The notes beneath the pieces are model-generated. The model ran no database searches. It was not told the origin of the DNA and worked only from the letters and a program-made list of their open reading frames with translations. The position numbers were made by a program, and so were the translations under genes. Shown piece by piece: positions 1 to 12,929 of a DNA stretch of 64,000 bases. Position 1 is the stretch's first letter, and each line of letters begins with the position of its first letter. The DNA comes from Lama guanicoe (taxonomy: Eukaryota): assembly GCA_013239625.1 (NCBI GenBank), contig MU053792.1, positions 532,941-596,940 of the forward strand, written 5' to 3'.

Positions 1-669
1 ATTGATTCTTATTTGTGAATTAATGACACCATAAAAATAAAATCCTCACCACCTGGGGACAAGGTTAGTAAAGCGAGAGAAGTGCTATATATCTAAAGCA
101 AGCTTTTTAAAGCTTTTTCTCATTTTAAAATTCATTTTCTTGGAAATATTAAGATAACTATATTTTTATTTAATTATATGTACCCTGAAGTTAATACAAT
201 CTTTAATAGCATAATTTTATTTCTGCTTGGTCACATCACACATCACCAGACATTTTATTTTTTTGAAAAAATATGATATAGAACAGATTGTCACTTTCTA
301 TTAAATTTAATATAGAATAATCAAAATTAGCTCAAATATTCATTTTATTATTTCTTATTTTTCTTCAATTATCTGTGTCTTTTTCTCATTTTCAGTTTTA
401 TTAAGTAGAATTATTATGGTTTGACTGCACTTATACATGATATTGCATGTAAATACACATATACAATATACTGCATGTTTTTTAGTTTACATATGTGTAC
501 TGATCATTGTTTCTAAGAGTCAATTAGAGCTTTAGCTTTTTAAACTTACATAGTTATTAAAGGAATATAGCCAACCACAAAATAAGTATCAACAGAATGC
601 AATAATCCAATCATAAAAGACAGTCAGATGAGCTTACACATATTCAGAAATCAATCATCTAAGTTATAA

Positions 670-3600
670 ATAATAAGTAGTTCATGTGTGTCCTTATATT
701 TTATTATATAACTGATAATATATGGCATTTTTCTTTCTCTTTCCTACCAACTTCACTTAGAATGGTGATCTTCAGGTCCATCCATGTTGTGGCAAATAGC
801 ATTACTTTATTCTTTTTTATGGCTGACTAGTGTTCCATTTTATATATGTACCACATCTTCTTTATCCAGTCATCTGTTAATGGACATTTGAGTTGTTTCC
901 ATGCCTTGGATATTGTAAATAGTGCTGCTATGAACATTGGGATGCATGTGTCTTATTTTAGTTTTATTTTTCTCCAGGTATATGCCCAGGAGTGGGATTG
1001 CAGGATCACATAGTAAGTCTATTTTTAGTTTTTTAAGGAACCTCCATACTGTCCTCCATAGTGGCTGCACCAGTCTATACTCCTACCAACAGTGTAGGAG
1101 GGTTCCCGTTTCTCCAGACACTCTCCAGCATCTATCATTTGTAGACTTTTCAATAATGGCCATTCTGTAGGTTGTCTTTTCATTTTGTTGATGGTATCCT
1201 TCTCTGTGCAAATGCTTTTAAGTTTAATTAGACCCCATTTGTTTATTTTTGCTTTTATTTCCATTACTCCAGGAGCTGGTTCAAAAAATATATTGCTGTG
1301 ATTTATGTCCGAGAGTGTTCTGCCTATGTTTTCCTCTAGGAGTTTTATAGTATCTTGCCTTCTGGTCTGACATTTAGGTCTTTAACCCATTTTGACTTTA
1401 TTTTTGTATATGGTATTAGAAAATGTTCTAATTTCAGTCTTCTACAGGTAGCTGTCCAGTTTTCCCAGCACCACTTATTGAAGAGACTGTCTTTTCTTCA
1501 TTGTATATTCTTGCCTCATTTGTCATAGATTAATTGACCATAAGTGCATGGGTTTATTTCTGGACTGTCTATCCTGTTCGATTGATCTATGTGTCTTATT
1601 GTGCCAGTGCCATACTTTTTTGATTACTGTAGCTTTGTATTGTCGTCTGAAGTCAGGAAGCATGATTCCTCCAGCTCCATTCTTTTGGCTATTTGGGGTC
1701 TTTTAACATATTTTGTTCCAGCTCTGTGAAGAATGTTGTTGGTAATTTGATAGGGACTGCATTGAATCTGTAAATTGCCTTAGGTAGTATGGACATTTTA
1801 ACAATATTGATTCTTCCAATCCAAGAACACAGTATATCTTTCCATTTGTTTATGTTGTCTTCAATTTCCTTCATCAGTGTCTTATAGTTTTTGGCACATA
1901 AGTCTTTTGCCTCCTTGGACAGGTTTATTTCTAAGTATTTTATTATTTTTGGTGAGATGGTAAATGGTATCATTTCCTTAATCTCCCTTTTTGCTATTTT
2001 GTTGTTAGTGTATAGAAATGCAACTGATTTCTGTATATTAACTTTGTATCCTACAACTTTACCAAATTCCTTGATGTATTCTAGAAGTTTTCTGGTCACT
2101 TTTTTAGGGTTTTTCTATGTATAGTATCATGTCATCTGCAAACAGTGACAGTTTTACTTCTTCATTTCCAATTTGGGTTCCTTTTATTTCTTTTTCTTTT
2201 ATTGCTCTGGCTAAGACTTCCAAAACTATGTTGAATAAAAGTGGTGGGAATGGACATCCTTGTTTTGTTCCTGATCTTAGAGAAAATGCTTTCAGCTTTT
2301 CCCAGCTAAGTATGATGTTAACTGTGTGTTTGTCATATATGGCCTTTATCATGTTGAGGTATGTTCTGTCTATGCCCACCTTCTGGAGAATTTTCATCAT
2401 AAATGAATGTTAAATTTTATCAAAAGCTTGTTCTGCATCTATTGAGATTATTACATGGTTTTTATTATTGAACCTGTCAATGTGGTCTATCGTGTTGACT
2501 GATTTGTGTACATTGAAAAATCCCTGCATCCCTGGGGTAAATCCCCCTTGATCATGGTGTATGACCCTTTTAATGCATTGTTGGAGTAGATTCACTAGTA
2601 TTTTTTTGAGGATTTTTGCATCCATATTCATAATTGATATTGGCCTGTAATTTTCTTTTTGTGATATCCTTGTCTGATTTTGGCATCAGGGTGATTATGG
2701 CCTCATAGAATGCAAATTTTTTGGAATTGTTACAGAACTCTTCTCTAAATGTTTGATAGAATTCACCTGTGAAGCCATCTGGCCCTGGACTTTTGTTTGT
2801 TGAGAGATTTTTAATTACTGATTCAATTTCAGTACTGGTAATTGGTATATTCACATTGCCTATCTTCTTCCTGGTTTAGTCTTGGCAAGTTGTACCTTTC
2901 CAAGAAATTGTCCATTTTTTCTGCATTTCTGTTTTTGTTGGCATGTAATTGCTCATAGTATCCTCTTATGATCCCTTTTATTTCTGTGGCGTCAGTTTTA
3001 ACTTCTTTTTCATTTCTGATTTTATTAATTTGGGCCCTCTCCCTTTTTTTCTTGATAAGTCTGACTAAAGTTTTATCAATTTTGTTTAGCTTTTCAAAGA
3101 ACCAGCTTTTAGTTTTGTTTTGTTTTTTTTTTTGGTCTCTATATCATTTATTTCTGCTCTAACCTTTATGATTTCTTTTCTTTTACTAACTTTGGGGTTT
3201 TGTTTGTTCTTCTTTCTCCAGCTGCACTAGGTGTAAGGTTAGGTTGTTTACTTGAGATTTTTCCTGTTTCCTGAGGTAGGCTTGTATTGCTACAAACTTC
3301 CCTCTGAGAACTGCCTTTCCTGCATCCCAGACATTTTGGATCATTCTGTTTTCATTTTCATTTGCCTCAAAGTATTTTTGATTTTCTCTTTGATTTTTTC
3401 CATGATCCACTGGCTGTGTAGTAGCATATTGTTTAGTCTCCACATGATTGCAGTTTTTGAAGTTTTTTGGGGTTTTTTGGGGTTTTTTTTGGTTTGTTTG
3501 TTTGTGTGTTTGTAGTTGATTTCTAACCTTGTAGCATTGTGGTTGGAAAAGATGCTTGGTTTGATTTCAATTTTCTTAAATTTGCTGAGGCTAGCTTTGT

Positions 3601-6150
3601 GGGCCAACATGTGGTTGATTCCAGAGAATGTTCCATGTGCACCTGAGAAGAATGTGTTGTTTTCAGATAGAAGGCTGTATAGATATCAGTTAGGTCCATC
3701 TGGTCTAATGTGTTATTTAGGGCCTGTATTTCCTTATTGAATTTCTTTCTGGATGATTTGTCCATTGATGTAAGTGGGGTGTTAAGGCCCCCCACTATTA
3801 TTGTGTTGTTGTCAATTTCTCCTTTTATGTCCATTAACAATTGCATTATATGTTCAGGTGCTCCTATGTTGGGTATATATATACACACACACACAACTGT
3901 TACAACCTCTTATTGGATTGATCCCTTAAGCATCATGTAGTGTCCTTCTTTGTCTCTTGTAACAGTCTTTATTTTAAAATCTATTTTGTCTGATATAAGT
4001 ATTGCTACTCCAGCTTTCCTTTGGTTTCTGTTTGCATGGAATATCTTTTCTACTCCCTTACTTTCAACCTGAATGTGTCTCTAGCTCTGAAGTGGGTCTC
4101 TTGTAGACAGCATATATATGAGTCTTGTTTTTGTATCCATTCACCCAGTCTATGCCTTTTGGTTGGAGCAGTTAATCCATTTACATTTAAGGTAATTATT
4201 AATAGGTGTGTTCTTACTGCCATTTTGTTAATTGTTTTGAGTTTGTTTTTGTAGGGGATTTTTTTTTCCCCTCTTTCTTCTTTTTGTTCTCTTTTGTTGT
4301 GCTTTGATGACTTTTTTCCTTTAACATTTGTTGTAAAGCTGGTTTGGAGGTGCTGAATTCTTTTAGCTTTTGTTTATCTGTGAAACTTTTGATTTCTCCA
4401 TCAAGTTGGAATGAGAGCCTTGCTGGATAGAGTATTCTTGGCCATAAGTTTTTCCCTTTCATCACTTTAAATCTGGCCTGAAGGATTTCTGCTGAAAACT
4501 CAGCTGATAATCTTATGGGAGTTCCCTTGTATGTTATTTGTTGCTTTTGTCTTGCTGATTTTAAAATTCTCTCCTTATCCTTCATTTTTATCAGTTTGAT
4601 TAGTATGTGCCTTGGTGTATTTCTCTTAGGATTGATCCTGTGTGGGACCCTCTGAGCTTCCTGAATTTGGATGAGTGTTTCCTTTCCCAAGTTAGGGACA
4701 TTTTTGGTTAGTATCTCTTCAAAAATTTTCCCAGGTCCTTTTTCTCTGTCTTTACTTTCTGGGACCACTACAATGCGAGTATTAGTGCACTTCATGTTGT
4801 AACAGTGTTCTCTTAAACTATCCTCATTTCTTTCCATTGTTTTTTCTGTTCTGCAGTTGCAGTTTCCACTAATCTGTCTTCTAGTTCACTAATTCGGTCT
4901 TCTGACTCATTTAGTTTATTCTTTGTTCCTTCTAGTGTTATTCACTTCAGTAATTTTATTCTTCAACTCTCTTTGGGTATTCTTTATATTTCCATCTCCT
5001 TGCTAAAAACTTTGCTCTGTGCATCTATACTTCTCTTGAGTTCCCTGAACATCTTCACCATCATCAATCTAAACTCTTTCTTGGATAAATTGCCTATCTC
5101 CTCATCATTTATTTCTTCTTCTGGGATTTTTATCTTGTGCCTTATTCTGGAAGATATCCCTGTACTGCCTCATCTTGTCTGTCTTTCTCTTTGTATTTTT
5201 AGGTAGGTTAATTATGCTTCTCAGTCTTGGAGAGGTGGCCCTTGTGGTAGACGTCCTATGTGTCCCAGCAGTACACTCCTCTTGTCACCCAAGGGCCAGC
5301 ATCAAGTTGGTCCCAGTGTAGAGTCCGGCCTGTGTTTGTCGATTCCATCCACAGCCTTTGGGACTGTTGCTTTTTAATTACTGGTATCTGCCCTCTGGTG
5401 GATGAGGCTGGACTAGAAGCTTATGCAGGGTTCCTGGCAGGAGGAGTTGGTGTCTGCCCACTGCTGGGTGAAGCTTGGCCTGGACCTCTGATGGGTAGGG
5501 CCCTGTCTAGAGGTATTTGCAGCCTTGATGGCTGAGGCTGTGTTCCCACCTAGTCTAATGTTAGGCCTGAGGCTTCCCAGCACTTAAGCCTGTTAAGGCT
5601 TTAGGTGGGGCTGGGTCTTGATGCTAATGATTCAATCAAGATGTCTGCCTCCAGGAATGTTCATGTAGATAAACACTCCTGGAATGTCTTTCACCAGCTT
5701 TTATGTCCCCTGGGTGAGCAACTGCAGTCCCTTATCTCCCCAGGAGAACTTCCAAAACCAGCAGGCAGGTCTAGCCCAGGTTCCTATGCAATCACTATCA
5801 CTGCCCCCTGGATCCAGTGCACATGAGATCACATGCAACTTTTCCAAAAGAATTAAGTTTCTGTCTCCCCCAATCCTGGGGGGTTCTTGAAGTTAAGCTC
5901 CACTGGCCTTCAAAACACAGATGCCCTGGGGTCTCCTCCTCCAAATGCCGGAACCCTGGGCTGGAAAGCCTGACACGGGACTCAGAACTCTCCTTCCTGC
6001 TGTGGTTCCCTCTCTCTGTTTCCAGTTGACCCAGATATTTTTGGCTAAGATTTGTCTTTTTTCTTGATGGCTGTTTAGCATTCAATTGTGGTTTTGTTGT
6101 AGTCGTGAGGAAAGGTGAGCTTATGGTCCTACTACTCCACCATCCTGACA
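670..6150 (-). mobile_element. Long decayed LINE-1 (5'UTR, ORF1, ORF2 with many stops/frameshifts, partial 3'UTR)
   Basis: Minus-strand ORF fragments match L1 ORF1 (4214-4837, RINPKRNTPRHIL..ILYPARLSF), endonuclease (3523-3894), RT (2104-2400, [16 protein letters not shown]; 2410-2631) and the ORF2 C-terminus (870-1264). The 5' end near 6150 reads caggatggtggagtag on the minus strand, resembling the L1 start caagatggcg. Confidence 0.95.
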
Positions 6151-6539
6151 TAAATCCAGTATCTATCTTGACAGAAATCCACAACTCCTCTTTTAAATCT
6201 AGCATTTATTTTGATTGCAAGACTTTGATATCATTTGTTTAATAGAAATTCTAGGAAGCTCAATTAAAATTGGAAAATTATTTTCTTTCCTAAACATATT
6301 TTATTTAGTATTTAACAATATTTAACATTACACTATATTTTTCTTTTTACTTTACCCATAAAACAAAAGGAAATTCTAACAAATGCATGTATATACTTGA
6401 AATTGTACTTGACAAAAGTCATTAAAATATGTTAATTAAATATTAACATTTTACAGCAAATATTTGATACTATATTATTTCAGTAGTTAAATATTTAATT
6501 AACATTATAGTTTATGTTATTTTGTGTTTAAATAATAAT

Positions 6540-7260
6540 ACACAAAGAGACAGATTTCCTATGCAGAAGATTTCTAAATACTTTGTGTGGATACTCTACC
6601 CTCATAAGATGGAGTATGACTCTCCACTCCTTTAGAGTAGACTATTCATAGAGCCTGCCTTCCAAAGAATACAGAATGGAAAGGTAGGGTTGGGAGGAAG
6701 CAGCTTAACTGTGGAAAAATCTGGCCAATGCTAGCACTCCCAAGTGATCCAAGTGATCAAGGTCAATATCAAGAGCTATAAATCATGTTACTAGTATTTA
6801 CTTTTGATATGATGTGATGAAATGGCACTTTATCCCTATGACATTCCTCCTATTACTCATAGCCCTCATATAATCATGAAAAAAATCAGACAAATCTCAA
6901 CTGAGAGCATTCTACAAAATACCTGACCAGTAGTTCTAAAAATTTGTCAAGGTCATCAAAAACAAAGAAAGTGTGAGAAACTGTCATAGCTGAGAGGAGC
7001 CTACAGAGAAATGAATGCTAAAGGTTAATGTGGTATCCTGGAACAGAAAAGAGCACTAGGGAAAAACTAATAATATCTGAATAAACTATAGATGTAAGTT
7101 AATAATGTACCAATATCAGCTCATTGATTGTATCAAATGTAGCATATTAATGTAAGCCACTGTAATAGAGGGAACTGTACATAAGACATCTGGCAACTTT
7201 CTATACTATCTTTGTAATTTTTCTGTAAATTCAAAGCCATCCTAAAAAATAAAAGTTATA
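6540..7260 (+). mobile_element. Old L1 (L1MC/L1MD-like) 3' end fragment
   Basis: Motifs typical of old L1M 3'UTRs (ctacaaaatacctgaccagt, aaggtcatcaaaaacaaagaaag, tcctggaacagaaaagagcactag, A-rich end). Homologous to 39040-40605. Confidence 0.6.
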
Positions 7261-8382
7261 AAATATGTCCCAAAATAAACAATTAACAAATAAATAAATA
7301 ACATACATTGATTTTTTGAAACTTGAAATAGGTACAAAAAGAGTGAAAAATATTTACTATAATCTCACCATCCAGGTATAACTACTGCTAATAGTCCCAT
7401 GTGTTTCTTTCACAATCTTTTATTTATAAATAAATATGTATATTTTACCCAATTTGGATCTTGAATTCCATACATATTGCTGCTTGGACATCTTACTGTT
7501 ACACTTAACTTTTAAAGTCCAAGTATTTTATCATATCACTGCACAGTCTTTATAATCTTAATAACTGCGTGTCACGGGATTGGGCTCATGTATTATAGTT
7601 AATTTCTTTTTTCAAAACACCATCAAACAAGAGAAAACTTTCCAATTGTGATTAATTTTAAAGAGGATAATTATTATTCTAGTACATAAATGTTTACCTA
7701 ATCTGGAACTATTTCTTTAGTACAAATTCTGGCAGTGTGTTATGATATCAAAGAATAAGACTATTTAGACATTTGATAGTCACTGCCAAATTGCTTTTCA
7801 GAAGGTTTATTTCTCCATTTACTCTTGAAGTATATAAACTTTGGGCCATTCTTTCCGTAATTTTTTGCTAATGGCATCATTAAATAATGGCATCTATAGG
7901 TTGAACTTTGTTTCTTTGATTATTAGTAATGTTGATGTATTATTCATGTATGTTTTATTTCATCTATAAAAATTAGCTGTGCAAGTTCTTTGTCTTTTGT
8001 TCTTTTTGTTTTAACTGGAGACTGGTACTTTTCTTCTTGGCTGTACTAATCTTTTACGTATTAAAGAACTTAACTCCCTGAAATTTGTTTATTTCTAACA
8101 TTCTATTATAAGTGTTTTTCTATTAGATTTATTTAGTATTATATTTGTATGAAGCCAGATCTAACAATGTTTTCCACTATCACTATATCCACTATTGTTG
8201 TTTTAACAAAGTTGTTTTCTTATCCTAAAATGCACTGATAGTTATCTTTCTTCTATTTTGTTTGTCATTCATTCTTACTTTTCTATTAGTTAATTTTGTT
8301 ATTTGAAAGCTCTAAATCTCTAAATAATATATAAAATTTACTATACATTTTGAGAGTAAGGCTTAATCTTTTTATATAGCTT

Positions 8383-8384
<2 letters not shown>

Positions 8385-8418
<34 letters not shown>
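8385..8418. repeat. Pure poly(T) tract, ~34 nt
   Basis: Directly visible. Confidence 0.95.
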
Positions 8419-8421
<3 letters not shown>

Positions 8422-8784
8422 CAGAAAATCCAGACCTAGCTAAGCATGTGACACTTTTTACTAACTGACTCAATTAGTGTTGACTGAAGTGACTGAAGGA
8501 GAACATCCAGGGAGGAAATGTTAAACTTACATGAACAACATCTTTGGGCTATCATTGCTCATGAGAACTGGCCCAGTCAATGATGCTCAAGACTCTGCAG
8601 GGAAGGGAAATAAAGGACTGATAGGATTTGAGGTGAGAGACAGAGAACACTTATTCATCTGGCAATTGTAATTCTTCAGTAATTTGCATCAAATTCTCCA
8701 TTGCATCTTAGTCCTAGAGATCCATTAGATTTAGCCATTTCATTCACTTGTTCCTTCAGGACAGAATGGGCAGAAACTGCCCTG

Positions 8785-10625
8785 TCCCTTGTTCTTGGAT
8801 TGGAAGAATTAATATTGTGAAAATGTATAAAGAATGTATATAGAATCTAAAGTGATCTACAGATTCAATGCAATTCCTATCAAAATTCCAATGGCATTTT
8901 TCACAGAAATAGAAAAAAGCATCCTAAAATGTATACGGAACTACAAAAGCTTCCAATTAGCCAAAGCAATCTTGAGAAAGAAGAACAAAGCTGGAGGCAC
9001 CATACTTCTTTATTTTAAGCTACATTGCAAAATTACAGCCACTGAAACAGTGTGGTATTGGCATAAAAATGGAAATATAGACTAGTGGAACAGAAGACAG
9101 CCCAGCTATACCACATATATACAATCTATTTTTGACCAGAATGCTAAGAATACACAATGGAGAAAGAATATTCTCTTCAGTAACTGATGTTGAGAAAACT
9201 GGTGATCCACATACAAAAGAATAAAATTAGACCCCTATCTTACACTACTCACAAAAATTCAACTTGAAATGAATTAAGACCTAAATGTAAGAAACTGTAG
9301 AACTCCTAGAAAAGAACTTAGGGAACTTGACATCAGTCTTGGTACTGATTTTTTGGATAACACACAAAAAGCACAGGAAACAAAAGCTAAAATAAGTAAG
9401 TGGGACTACATCAAACTACAAAGTTTCTGTACAGCAAAGAGAACAGTCAATAAATTGAAAATGCAACACACAGAATGGGAGAATACATTTGCAAACTGTA
9501 TATCTGATAAAGGGTTAATATAGTAAATATATAAAGAATTCATACAGGTCAATAGCAAAACTGCAAATAATCCAATTAAAAGATGAATAAAGGACCAGAA
9601 TACACATTTTCTCAAAAGAAGACATATGATTAGCCAATAGGAATATGAAAAGGTTCTCAACAGTATAAGGGAAATATAAGCCAAAACCACGATAAGATAT
9701 CATATCTCATTTATTAGGATGGCTGTTTTTGCAAAGAGATAACTATTGTTGGCAAAGATATAAAGAAAGGGAATCCTTATACACTGCTGGTGGGAATGTA
9801 AGTTGGTACAGCCATTAGGGAAAATAGTTTGTCAGTTTCTCAGATAATTAAAAAAAGAAATACCATGTGATCCAGCAATCCCAATCCTGGGTATATATCT
9901 GAAGGAAATGAAATCAGTATCTCAGGATATCTGCACATCCATGTTCATTGAAGCATTATTCACAATAGCTAAGATATGGACATAATTGCCCTTCAGTGGA
10001 TGAATGGATAAAGAAAAGGTGTTACACTCAGCTATAAAATACAAGAATATCCTGACACTGACAACATGGATGAATTTAAAGAGTGTTATGCTAAGTGAAA
10101 TAACACAAGAAAAGAAAGAAAAATACTGTATTGGAATTATTCACATGTGGGAAAAAGCTGATTTTTGTACAGATAATAGTATGCTAGTTTCCAGGGCCTG
10201 GGTGGCAGGAAAAATGGGGAGATACAGGTCAAACAGTACAAATTTTCAATTATAAGAAGAATAAGTTCAGAGGATCTGAGACACAAATTCACAGCACAGA
10301 GATCATTTTTAATAACATGGTATTGTACACTTAAAAGCTGCTGAGAATAGATATTAATATCTCACCAAAATAAAGTTGACTAAGGTGAAAGATGTGTTAA
10401 TATCTTAGTCTTGGTGATCATTCCACCATATATACGTGGAAAGTGGATCTATATCCATATCCACATCTATCTATATAGATATAAATATAATATATAGTAT
10501 ACTTTATTTTCCCAACTTTGTCAAGGAATAATTGACAGATAAAATTTTATACATTTAATTATTTGTACACATTAAATAAAAATTTATATTTGTCAAGTAT
10601 TCCTCAGTAAAGTTAGGAAAATAAA
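8785..10625 (+). mobile_element. 5'-truncated LINE-1 (ORF2 C-terminal part plus 3'UTR), decayed
   Basis: ORF 8834-9085 ([28 protein letters not shown]) and 10004-10255 match L1 ORF2 and 3' sequence; A-rich end near 10620. Confidence 0.9.
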
Positions 10626-11840
10626 AAAGTATACCATATATAATAAATGAACATTTAAATTAATTACATTAATCCCAGTTAAGTGGCTTGTATTACTGAG
10701 ATAGTCTCTCAGGTTCATTCACTGAATCTCAAATATTAGACCTTTAGAAACACAAACCTTTATCTTCAGCAGCTTCATTTCAGACAGCTTATTAAGCAGG
10801 GAAACATGACCTGGAGAAAATAGAAATTCCAACCATTAAACTATTTCTACATTAAATTATAAAAAATATTTATTTCCCTGAATCACTGTTTCAGAATGTC
10901 TTAAAGTTAAAATAATAATCAAGAAGATTGCTGCTACCAATTTTCAAGTAACTAGATTGAAAGAAAGAAGTTCAAATTTCATGAAGAATCTGATCCTAAT
11001 CATTCTTTAGAGAATTTCGAAGGAAATATTTTTTGAAATTGTTTAATAAACTTCATGAAGTGGCCTTAACATTAATGAAACTTTTCTAATTGGATCATTT
11101 CTCAGTATTTGTTTTATTTTATTTAATTTATTAATTATAATTTCAACTTGATTTAGTTACGTGAGTTTCTGAATAAAATATGCATATATAGATATACTTA
11201 ATACTGTAGTGCACCTTGTGTAGGTATAAAATTTTAATTGTGTATGTAAATATTGTCCTCAAAAATCTTAAAATTTTAATGAGTATATAGCTCAGAGAAA
11301 ATATAAAAATATTAATAAAGATACAGCCACCAGGAAACAAACCTTCAAAATATAGGAACTTTCTTCCAATATTTAAATCCTGCTAAATAATTCTGACAAA
11401 ATAATTATCCAGACTATTTTTAAATGTCTCAAATTATTGGAAGGCCAATATTTTTCAAGATAGGACACTTTTTCTTGGATGCTTCTACATATAGAAATTA
11501 ATATTTCTGTATTCAGTGACACTGTCTTCCTGAAGCATTTGGCACGTGGATCTTTTTCCTAGACATAGTGAGTACATTCAAAAAAATTCACCTTCCTCCT
11601 GAACACCCATCCAAATAATTTCCTGCTTCTTTTCAACAGTTACCACTTTTCTGAACTAAACCACTTAATCTGCTTCTGTTCCCTTTTTTTTTTCAGTTTC
11701 TAGACCAGTCACCATCTCAATTGCTCTCTTACTAACACAGCAAGTTCACCCACTTAATTCTTAAATGTGGGGTCCAAAACTGGAAACAACATCTTATGTA
11801 ACCAGTCACAAAAACTGTTACATCTCTCAGGCAAAATACT

Positions 11841-12192
11841 TGTTGTGGACTAAATGTTTATATCCTCTGCCCTAATTTATATGTTGAAACCCAACCCCCA
11901 ATGTGACTCTATTTAGAGATAAGGCCTTTAGGAAAGCAATTAAGGCCAAATGAGGTCATAAGGGTGAGACACTGACCCAATAGGATTAGTGACCTTTTAA
12001 GTGACCTTTCTCAACATGAGAACACAGCAAACATGTTGTGTCTGCTGGCCAGGAAGAACACATACCTGGAACCAAACTGACCTTGGCCACTCCTTGATCT
12101 TGGACATCTCAGCCTTTAGAACTGTGAAAATAATAGATTTAAGCCATGCCCTCTATTATATTTTGTTATGGCAGCCTGAGCAGATTAAAACA
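11841..12192 (+). mobile_element. MaLR (MLT1-like) solo LTR
   Basis: TG...CA ends, ~350 bp, with motifs tatatgttgaaaccc..cccaatgtga, aatgaggtcataagggtg, ttgatcttggac, tgttatggcagcc typical of MLT1. Confidence 0.8.
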
Positions 12193-12774
12193 ATTCATTA
12201 TCTTTTATGTCACTTAAGGTAGACAAAGACTACACTGAATTTTGGGTAATATCATATAGTTATCTCTATCAAACTAACTACCAGATAAACCTTCAAGCCT
12301 GCTCCACACATACTACTACTAAGCCGTGTATGCTCTATTCTTGGCTAATATTTGTTTATTTCCTACAGAGGGCTCTGTGAGTACTGACCCATCATCCTGC
12401 GTGTTGCTCTATATCCTAGCTTCATATGCACATTCCTTTGCTTCTTCATCCAAGGCTTTGGTAAACATACTTAATAACTTTGAGAACACAGATTTCTGGA
12501 ATACCAACAAGAAGCTCCCATCATGCAGGCATCAACTGATTAGCCAGTTTTTAAATTATGAGTATCAAAATGATTTTCCTGGTCTACAGGCCTTCAAACT
12601 TCTGCTTATTTTCCGCCAATTTTATAGCATCTTATTAGTGTAAGTCATGGTAGGAAATGGCTGCTGCTGCTGCTTCTATGGTGATTATTAATCACTAATT
12701 GTAGAGTGCCTTTCAAAAATTTCCCTATGAGTGTTAAAATGTCTAAAAACTAAGATTCTAACCTGTTAATTCTT

Positions 12775-12929
12775 TTTATTTTGCACTGAGCTATAGTTGG
12801 CTTACAATGTTAATTTCTGGTGGGTGGCATAGTGATTCAATTATACATGTATACATTATATATTCCTTTTCATATTCATTTTCATTATAAGCTATTACAA
12901 GGCATTGAATATAGTTCTCTGTGCATCAT
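12775..12929 (-). mobile_element. Short 5'-truncated L1 3' end with TSD
   Basis: Homologous to the 3' tail of the L1 at 21539. TSD ctgttaattctt at 12763-12774 and 12930-12941, followed by aa (TCTT/AA endonuclease-type site). Confidence 0.85.

Noticed and set aside
870..6205. Dense cluster of ORFs on both strands
   Set aside because: These are fragments of one disrupted L1 and their antisense shadows; there is no intact ORF1 or ORF2.
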